Below, piece by piece: positions 8,965 to 18,472 of a stretch of DNA of 37,519 bases. The position numbers and the translations under genes were made by a program. The notes beneath the pieces are model-generated. The model saw only the letters and a program-made list of their open reading frames with translations. It searched no databases and had not been told where the DNA came from. Source of the stretch: Desulfurococcales archaeon (GTDB taxonomy: Archaea; Thermoproteota; Thermoprotei_A; Sulfolobales; NBVN01); NCBI GenBank assembly GCA_027083115.1, contig JALWQN010000144.1, positions 1 to 37,519 of the forward strand, in the 5' to 3' direction. Position 1 is the first letter of the stretch. Every line of letters begins with the position of its first letter.

Positions 8965-10068
8965 TTGATGGCGTCAGAACCCAGCTATTACTCCGTTATT
9001 GAGGGATTTAATGAAGCCTTAAGGCTTAGGAAACCTGAAACTAACGATATTGTTGTGAGGGCTGGTGTTGTAAGTCCTGACAGAATGATGCTTCATAATT
9101 ACCCGATAGCTAACCCAGTAACTGCCTTCAATCCGGGACTGCATTACTCTAGGTCGCTAGACGTTCTTGAGCTTTATCCAAGGATAATCATAGGTTATTA
9201 TAGGTACGTTAGCTATATTGCTCGCTTGACATTATCTCTTGATGATGTGTTCAGCGGTTACGTCAACACCAATCACTACCCGAGCGAGATAGTTGTGTAT
9301 CCCTCAACAAAGTATGATGTGTGGGGTGTTGAGGACCCAAGAGTGTATGAATTAAGGGGGAAGTTATTTATGACGTACACGGGAAGAACCGTTGATTACT
9401 TTAATCCGAGGGCTGTTAGGGACCGCACATTGCCGGTTACGGCAATGTATGATGAAGGCCGTAAGGCATGGGTTAAGAAGTTTGTTTTCCTTCTTGACAG
9501 AAGCAAGTTCCCGGAAGCCGTAAGTAATAAGGACGCATTCCTTCATGAGACAGGGAATAGCGATTTATTTGTTTTCCATAGACCCCACTTTGTTGAAAAT
9601 GTTTTCCACTTGTTCGTTAGTTTGCTTAGGGAGGAGGAATTAAGGAATGATGGTAGCGGTATTAAGGAAGTCTCAATAAATAATGCCTTCAAGGTTCTTG
9701 AGCCAGCAGGCTTCGAAAGTAAGTTGGGCTGGGCTTCCAACCCAATAGATGTGGGTAAGGACCGAGTGATCGTTTTGGTGCATGCCGTAGATAAGGATGA
9801 GGTTGTGTATAGGGTTTTTGCTTTATTGCTTAAGTTATCTAAGCATGATTTAGCGATTGAAGCAATAACTCCGCACTACATTATGGAGCCCAGACGCCAC
9901 TATGAGTTAGCAGGTGATAGGCCCTTAACAATATTTCCTTGTGGTTCGGTCAAGATAGGTAAGGACACAGTGATATTATCTTATGGGGCTAGTGACTCCA
10001 TGGTCGGTTTGGCTATGATATCGCTTGAGGAATTAATGGGTGAGCTAGATAGAGGAAGGATTTATTGA
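8965..10068 (+). CDS. GH130/DUF377-like glycosidase or beta-mannoside phosphorylase-related protein
   Basis: The protein is 367 aa. Its pattern resembles the GH130 five-bladed propeller family: AFNPG, WGVEDPRVYELRGKLFMTYTG, NKDAFL, FHRPH and YGASDSMVGLAMISLEEL. This comes from motif memory, not a search. The ATG at 8968 is more likely than the TTG at 8965. Confidence 0.58.
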   Translation: MMASEPSYYSVIEGFNEALRLRKPETNDIVVRAGVVSPDRMMLHNYPIANPVTAFNPGLHYSRSLDVLELYPRIIIGYYRYVSYIARLTLSLDDVFSGYVNTNHYPSEIVVYPSTKYDVWGVEDPRVYELRGKLFMTYTGRTVDYFNPRAVRDRTLPVTAMYDEGRKAWVKKFVFLLDRSKFPEAVSNKDAFLHETGNSDLFVFHRPHFVENVFHLFVSLLREEELRNDGSGIKEVSINNAFKVLEPAGFESKLGWASNPIDVGKDRVIVLVHAVDKDEVVYRVFALLLKLSKHDLAIEAITPHYIMEPRRHYELAGDRPLTIFPCGSVKIGKDTVILSYGASDSMVGLAMISLEELMGELDRGRIY

Positions 10069-10078
10069 GGAAGGTTCA

Positions 10079-11149
10079 TTAAGCGAGGAGCTTAGTGAAA
10101 AGCTCCAGGTATTTCTTAGCTATGATCTCATCACTGTTTTTTAATGCTAGAGCCCTGGCCTCCCTGGATACTTCATCCCTTAATTCTTTTCTCTCAATTA
10201 ACGCAATTAATTTTTTGTTGAGGTCTATGGTGTCTCCTTGACGGTACTTAACTACGGCACCGAAGCCCAACTCATTAACAGGTATGTATTCAAAGTAACG
10301 CGTGTCCGGCACCACAGTAGGTATGCCGGCATAAAGAATTTGGTTTAGGGTTGATGAGACAACAACACCTCCCGTTTCTCCCTTAGGAAGTAAGTGAATA
10401 TCGGCACCCTTAACATATTTATGAAGATGCATTATGTCGGGCCTCATTAGTGATTGATGGATCCACTCATCCTTGAAAGGTAGTTCACCATCACTCCTAA
10501 TAATCCAGTACACGATATCGTACTTGCTCTGAAGCTTTCTTAAAGCCCTAACGTAATCTATGTATTCCTCCGGCGGTTGCCTACCGTAAGTTATGAAGAG
10601 TAATTTGCCTTCAGCGAAAGGAGGTCTCTCAGCAATCACCCCCTCAATCACTGCGTAAGGGTACGGTATGATTGTTGCCTTACTCACTACGGCTTCGCCG
10701 AAGGGCTTGAGCACCTCATTAATGAATCTCTCGTCAAACACTGTTATTGCATCCCACCTTAAGTCAGCAAGGGGTTCGAAATCTCTAATGAATCCTAAAT
10801 GAAGCACCATCACTATAGGTGCTTTCTTCCTGACTTCAGCACTTATTTTGCGGAATTCGTTAATGGGGAACCTATTGTACGCCTCAACAACGAAGATATC
10901 GTAATCTTCATTCAGGATTGCTTCAGTATCTACCACACCACCGAAAGGGTATGTGTACTCATCCGTTTCTTCATATACCCTATGAACCCATGCTTCATCA
11001 TCTATGTCTACGTGCCTATGATGCCAGTCCTTATTTGCTGAGGTTAGTGTGGGTGAGAAAAGAATTATTTTATGGCCAAGCTTAACCAATTCCCTGCCAA
11101 GAATTTCTGCGTGAAGACTAACTCCGCAAGTGGCGTTCCACCTACCCAT
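10079..11149 (-). CDS. Glycosyltransferase-like protein (GT-B fold, group-1-like)
   Basis: The protein is 356 aa. The N-terminal MGRWNATCGVSLHAEILGRELVKLGHKIILFSP resembles the GT4 N-terminal Rossmann domain, and the C-terminal half has an alpha/beta pattern. It is adjacent to the GH130-like gene. The assignment is weak. Confidence 0.45.
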   Translation of the reverse strand: MGRWNATCGVSLHAEILGRELVKLGHKIILFSPTLTSANKDWHHRHVDIDDEAWVHRVYEETDEYTYPFGGVVDTEAILNEDYDIFVVEAYNRFPINEFRKISAEVRKKAPIVMVLHLGFIRDFEPLADLRWDAITVFDERFINEVLKPFGEAVVSKATIIPYPYAVIEGVIAERPPFAEGKLLFITYGRQPPEEYIDYVRALRKLQSKYDIVYWIIRSDGELPFKDEWIHQSLMRPDIMHLHKYVKGADIHLLPKGETGGVVVSSTLNQILYAGIPTVVPDTRYFEYIPVNELGFGAVVKYRQGDTIDLNKKLIALIERKELRDEVSREARALALKNSDEIIAKKYLELFTKLLA

Positions 11150-11341
11150 TATAGCGACCTTCGTAATCCATCACCAGATAATTAGTGTAATGTGGCGATT
11201 AAGTGAGTTAATGAAGTTTCCTTCCTTACGGTTCAGTCCCAACAAAATCAGCGCGAATCTAAGTTAGTATTGTATGTAAGCGGGTGAGGTTTAGTTGTGT
11301 TGGTGATGGAGTTGGTGATCCTCCCGTATTACATGAATAAA

Positions 11342-12148
11342 TCATTTGGGTTCTGATTTAAGGTTCTTTACTGCCTTAACTATACTTACTGCCCTCTCAG
11401 GGCTTTCCTCAACTATGGTGCCAGTAACTATGGCGTCCGCCCCAGCTTTCAGTATCTCCACAGCTTTTTCAGGAGTTCTTATGCCTCCCCCCACTATCAG
11501 TACTGTATCTCCTTTAACCATTGATGCTTTACTCACGAACTCGGAAGGGATAGGTTCTGGGGCCCCAGAACCTGCCTCAAGATATATGTATTTCTTACCC
11601 AGATATCTTGCTGCAAGAACGTACGCCACACCTATGTCTGGTTTAGTGTAGGGTATGGGTCTCGCCTTACCTACGAAGCCTGCTGCACCACCATAACCAA
11701 CTATGATGTAGGCTGTCGGAAGGGGCTCCAACCCATATCTGTAGACTAGTGGTGCACCTAGCACAGGAGCCTCAATTATGTAGTAAGGGCTGTCGGAGTT
11801 TAGGAGACTCATGAAAAGTATTGCGTCAGCGAGTCTTGAGATCCCTGTTACGTTACCTGGGAAGAGAATTATCGGCAGGCCGTATGTTCTTAATGCTTTT
11901 ATGACGCCATCAATTTCGTGCTCTGAAATACCTACGGACCCACCAATAAGGAATGCGTCAGTTCCTGCCTCAGCGAGAGGTGATGCGAGCTCATGGAGTT
12001 CTTTAGTGGAAATGATTTTATCTGGATCTATTAGTGTAAGATGGAGTTTCTCACCCATCATTAATTTCTTCTTGACATATTCATGCACACTAATTCTTTC
12101 TTCAGGCTTCACCCTCTTCTTCACCCTCTCTTTCGAAAGATACTTCAA
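11342..12148 (-). CDS. Geranylgeranylglyceryl phosphate synthase (GGGPS/PcrB family)
   Basis: It contains KLHLTLIDPDK, FLIGGS and the GGGIRTPEKA phosphate-binding motif, consistent with a TIM-barrel protein. The track start overlaps the Elf1 gene by 47 nt. A GTG at 12088 (VHEYVKKK) would remove the overlap. Confidence 0.85.
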   Translation of the reverse strand: MKYLSKERVKKRVKPEERISVHEYVKKKLMMGEKLHLTLIDPDKIISTKELHELASPLAEAGTDAFLIGGSVGISEHEIDGVIKALRTYGLPIILFPGNVTGISRLADAILFMSLLNSDSPYYIIEAPVLGAPLVYRYGLEPLPTAYIIVGYGGAAGFVGKARPIPYTKPDIGVAYVLAARYLGKKYIYLEAGSGAPEPIPSEFVSKASMVKGDTVLIVGGGIRTPEKAVEILKAGADAIVTGTIVEESPERAVSIVKAVKNLKSEPK

Positions 12149-12419
12149 CCTCTCCCTTATCTAAGGCATCTAGGAACTTAGAGTACACGTCGACCTCAGA
12201 GTATATTGTCGGTAAGTCTGTCATTTCAGCCCTTAACCCGCATTTTGGGTTCATACATTTAATTGATGCTTTCTTCCTTTCCGAACCGCCTGGCGCCATG
12301 TAGGTGTCAAGATCTATGATTAACGTAGGTAACCCGCATACGGGACACTGAAAGACCTTGGGTAAGCGTTTCTGGGGCCTCACAATCTTTTTATATCTTT
12401 TTCTACTTCTTCTCCCCAT
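12102..12419 (-). CDS. elf1: Transcription elongation factor Elf1 homologue (zinc ribbon)
   Basis: The protein is 105 aa. It has a basic N-terminus (MGRRSRKRYKKIVRPQKR) and a CPVC...CMNPKC zinc ribbon. VDVYSKFLDAL matches eukaryotic Elf1 VDVYSDWFDAV. The tail is acidic. Confidence 0.8.
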   Translation of the reverse strand: MGRRSRKRYKKIVRPQKRLPKVFQCPVCGLPTLIIDLDTYMAPGGSERKKASIKCMNPKCGLRAEMTDLPTIYSEVDVYSKFLDALDKGEVEVSFEREGEEEGEA

Positions 12420-12488
12420 GTCAGCACCTAGTGTATTAGGTTGGTGTGTGGCATTTAAACACTTGTTTTAAGGTAGGGGACCTCATAA

Positions 12489-14024
12489 CTAAATTATCCT
12501 TACGTTTATGTTGATTCCGTATTCGCTCTCTAGCTTCCTTAATTTCCTCCTTACTTTCTTTATGGCTCTCCTATCTTCCCTAGGCACTAAGATAGTTACG
12601 TTACTTCCCTCAATTCTTATTTCTGCTGCAGGAATTAGGTTAGAGAGTATTCTCTTTAGTCTGGATTCAAGGCCTGAGATCCCCACACCCTTGACAGGGA
12701 CAACTATTGTTTGCTCACCGAAGGTATATATCTCGTACTCTAGTTGGCCTGTTAGGAAGTCCCTAACCTCAATAACTGGTCTAGCCAGTTCTGCTTCCCT
12801 TAAGCCGGTAGGGAGTTTTACGGTCATGCTTAACTCGTAGACTTTACTGACTTGCCCCTCATCAATAAATATTACTGTGTCAATGACTGAAGGGATCATT
12901 CCGATGTCGATCCTGCCAATAAATCTTTGGATCGCATCAATAGGGGATGTTGCGTGTGTGACGCCAATCATCCCTATACCCGCTAGCCTGAGGTCGACAT
13001 ACAGCTTGAAGTCAAGGTCTGTCCGCATCTCGTCAAAGACCGTGTAGTCAGGTCTTGAGAGAAGCAGTATGTCATGGAGCTCATCCTCCGAAGCATACAC
13101 TTTAGAGTACTGGGTTATTTCTGGAGGTAGTCTTAAGTCCCTCGGTGACTCTACAGTCTTAATTATTTTGTTTTTGCTTAGGTAATATTGGGCTAGTGCT
13201 TGAGCGAATGTGGTCTTGCCGGCTCCGGGCGCGCCGGCTATCACTATTCCTTCAGCCCTTTCTTCCAGTCTCTTGATGAGTTTTTCTGGGAGCCCGTAGT
13301 CCTCAAGCCTTAGCTTAGCGATAGGTCTTACAGCAGTTATTTCCCATCCGTCGCTCATGGGTGGTCGAGTAATTATTATTCTGTAATCACCTAACTGAAC
13401 GATTGTTGACCCTAACCTATCCACCTCTATCATTCCGTCTGGTGATGTCCTCGCTGCCTCCATTACTTCATCAGTTATAGACTCTATTTCGTCCTTAGAT
13501 AGTGGGGTTTCACCTAAGTCCTCAAGAACCCAGTGACCCGGATATCCTTTCTTAGCTACTGGTTTAGCGCCTTCCTTCAGGTGGACAGACATTGTTGATT
13601 TATCGAAAAACCTCTCGAGCATAGATATGCCTGTCCTTGAAGGAGGTATGTATATTACGCTAATACCCATTGATTCAGCAGCTAATGCCTGAATCCTTGA
13701 TGAAGTAATTAATTTCCCAGAAACTTCTTGAGCATACCTAAGAACTAAGGTATCAGGATTGTCTCGGCCACCTCCCCTAACCACATCCACAGGTATTTCT
13801 CTGGTCTCGCAGGCAGCACGAATTAGTCGGAGCTCTTCTAAACCAAGCATGCCTGAGCTTCTTCCTTCCCTAGCTAATTCCGTGAACCTATCAATTATTT
13901 CACGCAGAAAAACTATCTTACCCCTTAACTTACCATCAACAACTAACCTCCTTAAAGTACCGTCCACGATCACACTGGTGTCAGGCACATACAGTTCCTC
14001 AAACCCGTAACTCTCTGTGCACAC
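12489..14024 (-). CDS. PIN-domain / PilT-like AAA ATPase / KH-domain protein (COG1855-type)
   Basis: The protein is 511 aa. It has an N-terminal PIN-like segment (YVPDTSVIVDG), Walker A (GAPGAGKTT), Walker B (YTVFDEMR) and a basic KH-like C-terminus. Confidence 0.8.
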   Translation of the reverse strand: MCTESYGFEELYVPDTSVIVDGTLRRLVVDGKLRGKIVFLREIIDRFTELAREGRSSGMLGLEELRLIRAACETREIPVDVVRGGGRDNPDTLVLRYAQEVSGKLITSSRIQALAAESMGISVIYIPPSRTGISMLERFFDKSTMSVHLKEGAKPVAKKGYPGHWVLEDLGETPLSKDEIESITDEVMEAARTSPDGMIEVDRLGSTIVQLGDYRIIITRPPMSDGWEITAVRPIAKLRLEDYGLPEKLIKRLEERAEGIVIAGAPGAGKTTFAQALAQYYLSKNKIIKTVESPRDLRLPPEITQYSKVYASEDELHDILLLSRPDYTVFDEMRTDLDFKLYVDLRLAGIGMIGVTHATSPIDAIQRFIGRIDIGMIPSVIDTVIFIDEGQVSKVYELSMTVKLPTGLREAELARPVIEVRDFLTGQLEYEIYTFGEQTIVVPVKGVGISGLESRLKRILSNLIPAAEIRIEGSNVTILVPREDRRAIKKVRRKLRKLESEYGININVRII

Positions 14025-14095
14025 TCCCTATACCCTGAGTTATAGATTAAGGAACTAATATATTATACATGAATTAAGTAAAAATTATGTCTCCG

Positions 14096-15241
14096 TCAAT
14101 AAATACGTTCCCTAATCAGCGCGTTAAGTAGAAGTATGGGTGCTGCTATAACCCCGGCAATCAGGAAGGCTTGAGAGTAAGGTAACGAGGTCAGAATGGC
14201 TCCAGTAACTATGGGACCTAATGCCTGACCGATATCCTTAATGGTTTCCATAGTGCCTAAAGCAGTACCGTAGGCTCCCTTCATGATTAAGTTAGAAATT
14301 AGTGGAGGTACTGAAGCAGTAATTAAAGTAACGCCTACTGCAAAAACAATGAGTGAGGCAAGCGCTGCTAAGTAATTCCCTGTAAGCCCTATGGTTGATA
14401 TGCCTAAAATAAGCATTATTCCTCCTAATGGAATTATCTTCCCTGCACCAACCCTATCGTATAAGCGACCCCCATACGGCTTTAACAAAGCAATAACGCC
14501 TAACTCTATAGAGAGCGTTACTCCTGTGAGCCATGCCTCAACCCCTATACCCCCCAAATAAAGAGGTATGAAGGTCTCGACGGATTGCATGGTGAAGTAA
14601 GTTAAAGCCATTATGGAGCTAGCTAAAATTAAGTTAGTATTGCGTAGCACTTTACCAACATATATGCTTTTGCCTTTACGTTCAGGTTTCCTTAGGGTCT
14701 CGGGGAATTTAGTGAGTAAAGCAAAAGCTATTAAGCCAAACACTCCGCAGACCAAGTAGGTCCAGAAGAACGAGTATAGAGTGATTAATGTTCCAGCCAT
14801 TGCGGGAGCAATTAACCTACCTACGAGTGTTGCTGAGGAAAAGTAACCCATCATCTCCCCTCTCCTACGGACATAGAGGTCAGCAATAGCTGCCGTGGCA
14901 ACAGAAGTGAATATTGCTGTTGCAACGCCATGGTAAACCCTTACTGCGACTAACTCCAAGGGTTTGGCCACTAATAAATAAAGGAAGGGTGATGTAGCAA
15001 AAAAGAAGCCTGAAGCAAGCAAGAGTTTTCTACGGCCGTAGATGTCCGACAGTGAGCCGGCGGTAAAGTTAACTATTATTCCCGTTATTGTTGAGGCAGC
15101 AGCAATAAGCCCAACTAACGCGCTATTAGCACCTAAGTATGCAGCAAAGAGCGGGAGTGTAGGGGATTTAGATGCCGTTGAGCTCAGTATAGCGGTAAGT
15201 CCAGCAGCAGACAATACAGTTAACGGTTTTTCCCTCTCCAT
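14096..15241 (-). CDS. MFS transporter
   Basis: The protein is 381 aa with about 12 hydrophobic helices. The MFS loop signature GSLSDIYGRRK (GxxxDxxGRR) lies after TM2. Confidence 0.82.
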   Translation of the reverse strand: MEREKPLTVLSAAGLTAILSSTASKSPTLPLFAAYLGANSALVGLIAAASTITGIIVNFTAGSLSDIYGRRKLLLASGFFFATSPFLYLLVAKPLELVAVRVYHGVATAIFTSVATAAIADLYVRRRGEMMGYFSSATLVGRLIAPAMAGTLITLYSFFWTYLVCGVFGLIAFALLTKFPETLRKPERKGKSIYVGKVLRNTNLILASSIMALTYFTMQSVETFIPLYLGGIGVEAWLTGVTLSIELGVIALLKPYGGRLYDRVGAGKIIPLGGIMLILGISTIGLTGNYLAALASLIVFAVGVTLITASVPPLISNLIMKGAYGTALGTMETIKDIGQALGPIVTGAILTSLPYSQAFLIAGVIAAPILLLNALIRERIY

Positions 15242-15252
15242 TCCATGAAGCC

Positions 15253-15753
15253 TTACTCCCTTAACTTCTCTTTCAGGAACTCTAATCTTTGTGTTCGGCC
15301 CATGGATGCTATATTGTCCCTATATTTTTCCTCAATATCCTTAAGTTTATAGCTAGTGTAGATGGCTTCCCAGATCTTCATACCGATATCTAGGGTTTCT
15401 GCATCGTTTCCAGTAATGAACCTCAGCCCACTGAATACTGCTTTGATGCCTGCGGCCTCAGGAGCCCTACTTAATTCCCCCTTAATGTCGGCAGCATGAA
15501 CTATCTCAGCAACCTTAAGTAAGTAAGGATCCCTTAATGAGTATTTCTCAATAATTGTTTCGAACGTGCATTTATTTCCTTTATGACCTAACTCAACACC
15601 CTCTATGTCGAAGGGGGTACCTTCCACATCAGTAGGTTTTTCCTCAGGCCACTTAATGAAGATGAATTCTGCTTCAGGATCAACGAATTTCTTTATTAAC
15701 CATGCTGAAGCTGTCCTATCAACACCTGGGTAGTTGCGAGTAACCCACTTCAT
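15253..15753 (-). CDS. ChrB C-terminal (Chrome_Resist) domain-like protein
   Basis: The protein is 166 aa. MKWVTRNYPGVDRTASAWLIKKFVDPEAEFIF matches my recollection of the ChrB C-terminal domain signature (W.TR..P.VDR.A..WLI.RF.DP.A.F). This was not verified by search. Confidence 0.55.
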   Translation of the reverse strand: MKWVTRNYPGVDRTASAWLIKKFVDPEAEFIFIKWPEEKPTDVEGTPFDIEGVELGHKGNKCTFETIIEKYSLRDPYLLKVAEIVHAADIKGELSRAPEAAGIKAVFSGLRFITGNDAETLDIGMKIWEAIYTSYKLKDIEEKYRDNIASMGRTQRLEFLKEKLRE

Positions 15754-15900
15754 GAGTTATGGCCATATATTTAAATTAATTAAGGCTAAAATCCTTTGCT
15801 AAGGCCCTCGAAGTAAGGGATATTTATTTCGGTTATGTTAATAAAGTAATTCATCAGGCAATACATTAATACAGCAATAGGTGATGATGGAATGGGTCGG

Positions 15901-15978
15901 TGGGGCTCCGGCCGGGACTCGAACCCGGGACCTCGGGGTCCACAGCCCCGCGCGCTACCAAACTGCGCTACCGGAGCC
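15901..15978 (-). tRNA. tRNA-His (anticodon GUG) with encoded G-1 and CCA
   Basis: I folded the cloverleaf by hand. G-1 precedes the acceptor GCTCCGG/CCGGAGC. The D arm is GCGC-AGTTTGGTA-GCGC. The anticodon arm is CGGGG-CTGTGGA-CCCCG and the variable loop is AGGTC. The T arm is CCGGG-TTCGAGT-CCCGG. The discriminator is C (pairing with G-1), followed by CCA. Track ORF 15786..15980 is this tRNA read as protein. Confidence 0.95.
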
Positions 15979-16006
15979 ACAACCGTTAATTCATGTGGTA
16001 AGGGGG

Positions 16007-16014
16007 ATATTAAG
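16007..16014 (-). promoter_or_regulatory. TATA-like box (CTTAATAT) upstream of tRNA-His
   Basis: This A/T-rich octamer lies 29-36 nt upstream of the tRNA 5' end, which is the usual archaeal TATA distance. It overlaps the stop region of the upstream CDS. Confidence 0.35.
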
Positions 16015-16432
16015 TTTCGGTTAGGGCTTTGGGACTTATTAGGTAAATGAATAGGGTTCTTACCTTACTACGGAGTTCGGAAAGATGGGGCGGATATAGG
16101 TAAAGCGGTTTTTCCTCAGGTATTTTCAGCAGCTTAGAGATTAGCTTGATTGCGAGAGGGTCCTTAACTACTGCTGTTGTCTGCGTTAGTTGGGGTTGGA
16201 GCTCCAGATATATTGGTAGCTTTAGTTTGTCTCCCGACTCCTTAAGCACTTCCTTAGCTAGTTCGAGCTCCGACTTCCTGAACATGTGGATTCCACCATC
16301 TCTTGTCTGTACGTGAGGGTATTTCTCAGTGAGGAGGTCCTTAAGTTCCTTCCTCTCTCTAGGAATGTACTTGTTGACAACCCTTAATTCATCCTTAAGG
16401 AAATAATCTATTAATTCGTTTTCCTTACTCAT
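16010..16432 (-). CDS. UPF0216/DUF61-like protein, translationally coupled to atpD
   Basis: The protein is 140 aa. The pattern VNKYIPRERKELKDLL...PHVQTRDGGIHMFRKSELELAKEVL...LKLPIYLE resembles the archaeal UPF0216 family as I remember it. Its ATG overlaps the atpD stop (TAATG). Confidence 0.5.
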   Translation of the reverse strand: MSKENELIDYFLKDELRVVNKYIPRERKELKDLLTEKYPHVQTRDGGIHMFRKSELELAKEVLKESGDKLKLPIYLELQPQLTQTTAVVKDPLAIKLISKLLKIPEEKPLYLYPPHLSELRSKVRTLFIYLISPKALTET

Positions 16433-17067
16433 TAACTTACCTGCCTCCTTCTCTCAAGCATTTGCTTAACTTTCTTCATCCTTGTCTTATCCTCTCTTTC
16501 CCTTTCCTCAAACTTCATTGACAGGTACTTGATCGTTGCTTCAATCCTAGGTATCAATATGTTTTCGAGAGCATTAACTCTTCTCTTAACCCTGGAGACC
16601 TCACGACCTATTAACAGTATTGATGTCTCTATCTCAGCCAACTTAATTACGTTATCAATAACCTTATCATAGCACTTTCCTGCATCAATAAGGATTAGTG
16701 GGTACACGCTGGGGTCGTACTCACCTACTTTCCTGGAGACCTCAATGACTGGGGCCTTAACTCCAGCCACAACCCTAGTCCCCACAACGATCTTTGATTT
16801 CTCGAGTCTTGATGATGCGAAGGCATCAATCATTAAGGGGGTTGTCAGGAGTGAGGACTTATGTAGGGTTCTAGAGCACTTCTCTAGTTGGTCGTAGGTC
16901 TGCATACGTAAGGACATCCCTTCCCTAATTAAGGCAATTAGTTCTTGAGACAGAATAATGAGCCTGTCTTTAAGGACTTTATGAAGTCTCTTAGCTACCT
17001 TAATTCTTCTCTTAAGCCTTATGAGCTCTATCTTTGTTGGCCTTACCTTAAGAATTTGCTGAGACAC
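16432..17067 (-). CDS. atpD: A-type ATP synthase subunit D (central stalk)
   Basis: The protein is 211 aa. The N-terminus [28 protein letters not shown] is typical of subunit D. It is coiled-coil rich and sits after atpB. Confidence 0.9.
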   Translation of the reverse strand: MSQQILKVRPTKIELIRLKRRIKVAKRLHKVLKDRLIILSQELIALIREGMSLRMQTYDQLEKCSRTLHKSSLLTTPLMIDAFASSRLEKSKIVVGTRVVAGVKAPVIEVSRKVGEYDPSVYPLILIDAGKCYDKVIDNVIKLAEIETSILLIGREVSRVKRRVNALENILIPRIEATIKYLSMKFEEREREDKTRMKKVKQMLERRRQVS

Positions 17068-18472
17068 TTACCGCACCCTTACCCCTGTATTTTGGGTGGT
17101 ACTTCCTTATTAGGTCGAGGCTTATTAACTTCAGTTCCTCCTCAGGCAATGTCGAAAGCAGTTCCCAACCTATATCGAGTGTTTCTTCTATCGTTCTTCT
17201 CTCATACTCTCCTTGATTAACGAATCTGCGCTCAAAGATATCAGCAAAATTAAGGAATTTCTTGTCTCTGTCAGTCAGGGATTCAGTACCTATTATGGCT
17301 GATAGCTCCCTAAGGTATTGGCCTTCAGTGTATGCAGCAATCAACTGCATGAAGACCGGATAATGATCTTCCCTTGTTTTCCCAGGTCCTACACCATCCT
17401 TCATGAGTCTAGATAGTGAAAGCAAAATATCTATTGGAGGGTAAACGCCTTTCCTATTCATGTCCCTAGAAAGAACAATCTGTCCTTCAGTAATGTATCC
17501 CGTTAAGTCAGGTATTGGGTGAGTGATGTCGTCATTAGGCATCGTTAAGATAGGCATCTGGGTGACCGACCCTTCCTTACCTTTGATCCTTCCTGCCCTC
17601 TCATATATTGTTGCTAGGTCAGTATACATGTAGCCCGGATAACCTCTTCTTCCCGGAACCTCCTCCCTGGCTGCTGAGAGTTCCCTAAGAGCTTCACAGT
17701 AGTTAGTCATGTCGGTCATCACGACAAGCACGTGCATGCCGTACTTCCAAGCAAGGAACTCAGCCGTAGTTAAAGCAACCCTAGGTATAGCTATCCTCTC
17801 AATAACTGGTGATGCTGCCGTATTTATGAATGAAACGACATTCTCAATGCTTCCAGCCTTCCTTAAGGACTCCATGAAGAAGTCGGCTTCCTCATAAGTA
17901 ACACCGATCGCTGCGAAAACCACAGCAAATTTCTCTTCCTTACCCTTAACTCTTGCTTGCCTAACTATCTGAGCAGCTATTCTGTTGTGGGGTAACCCAG
18001 CACCACTAAATATAGGTAGCTTCTGCCCCCTAACAATGGAGTAGAGCGCATCAATAGCTGAGATTCCTGTCTCTATGAATTCCGAGGGAGGCATTCTCTC
18101 TGCGGGATTTATGGGCGCACCATTAATATCCAGCCAGTCTTCAGGAACTATTTCTGGACCTCCATCAATAGGTCTCCCTAAACCATCGAAGACCCTCCCA
18201 AGCATATCCAGCGAGACTGGGAGCTTCAGCGTTTCACCCTTAAACCTCACGCCGACATTCCTGACGTTAACCTCACCCACACCGCCGAAGACCTGAATTA
18301 CCGCAACATCTTTAGAGACATCTATTACTTGACCGAGCCTTGATTCTCCTGAGCTGAGCGTGACCTCAACGACCTCATTATACTGTATACCGGGGATAGC
18401 CTCAACAAAAAGTAGTGAACCCTTAGCGCTTAATGCTCTCCTAACCTCCTTAACGCTCAGGGACTGAGTCAT
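17048..18472 (-). CDS. atpB: A-type ATP synthase subunit B (non-catalytic)
   Basis: The protein is 474 aa. Conserved blocks include [37 protein letters not shown] and [31 protein letters not shown]. Confidence 0.95.
   Translation of the reverse strand: MTQSLSVKEVRRALSAKGSLLFVEAIPGIQYNEVVEVTLSSGESRLGQVIDVSKDVAVIQVFGGVGEVNVRNVGVRFKGETLKLPVSLDMLGRVFDGLGRPIDGGPEIVPEDWLDINGAPINPAERMPPSEFIETGISAIDALYSIVRGQKLPIFSGAGLPHNRIAAQIVRQARVKGKEEKFAVVFAAIGVTYEEADFFMESLRKAGSIENVVSFINTAASPVIERIAIPRVALTTAEFLAWKYGMHVLVVMTDMTNYCEALRELSAAREEVPGRRGYPGYMYTDLATIYERAGRIKGKEGSVTQMPILTMPNDDITHPIPDLTGYITEGQIVLSRDMNRKGVYPPIDILLSLSRLMKDGVGPGKTREDHYPVFMQLIAAYTEGQYLRELSAIIGTESLTDRDKKFLNFADIFERRFVNQGEYERRTIEETLDIGWELLSTLPEEELKLISLDLIRKYHPKYRGKGAVSVSANS

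Noticed and set aside
11150-11170. In-frame upstream residues (W)ITKVAI before the ATG of the glycosyltransferase, which look like part of the first beta-strand but lack a canonical start
   Set aside because: Only 6-7 codons are involved. Starting at the annotated ATG is perfectly plausible, so there is not enough evidence for a start-codon anomaly.
11299-11322. Tandem 12-mer GTTGGTGATGGA / GTTGGTGATCCT downstream of the GGGPS gene
   Set aside because: There are only two imperfect copies and no further repeats or spacers. It is not a CRISPR array or a recognisable motif.
15786-15980. 64-aa minus-strand ORF (MAPVAQFGSARGCGPRGPGFESRPEP...)
   Set aside because: It is the tRNA-His gene and its downstream spacer read as protein. 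The GC-rich part folds into a perfect cloverleaf.
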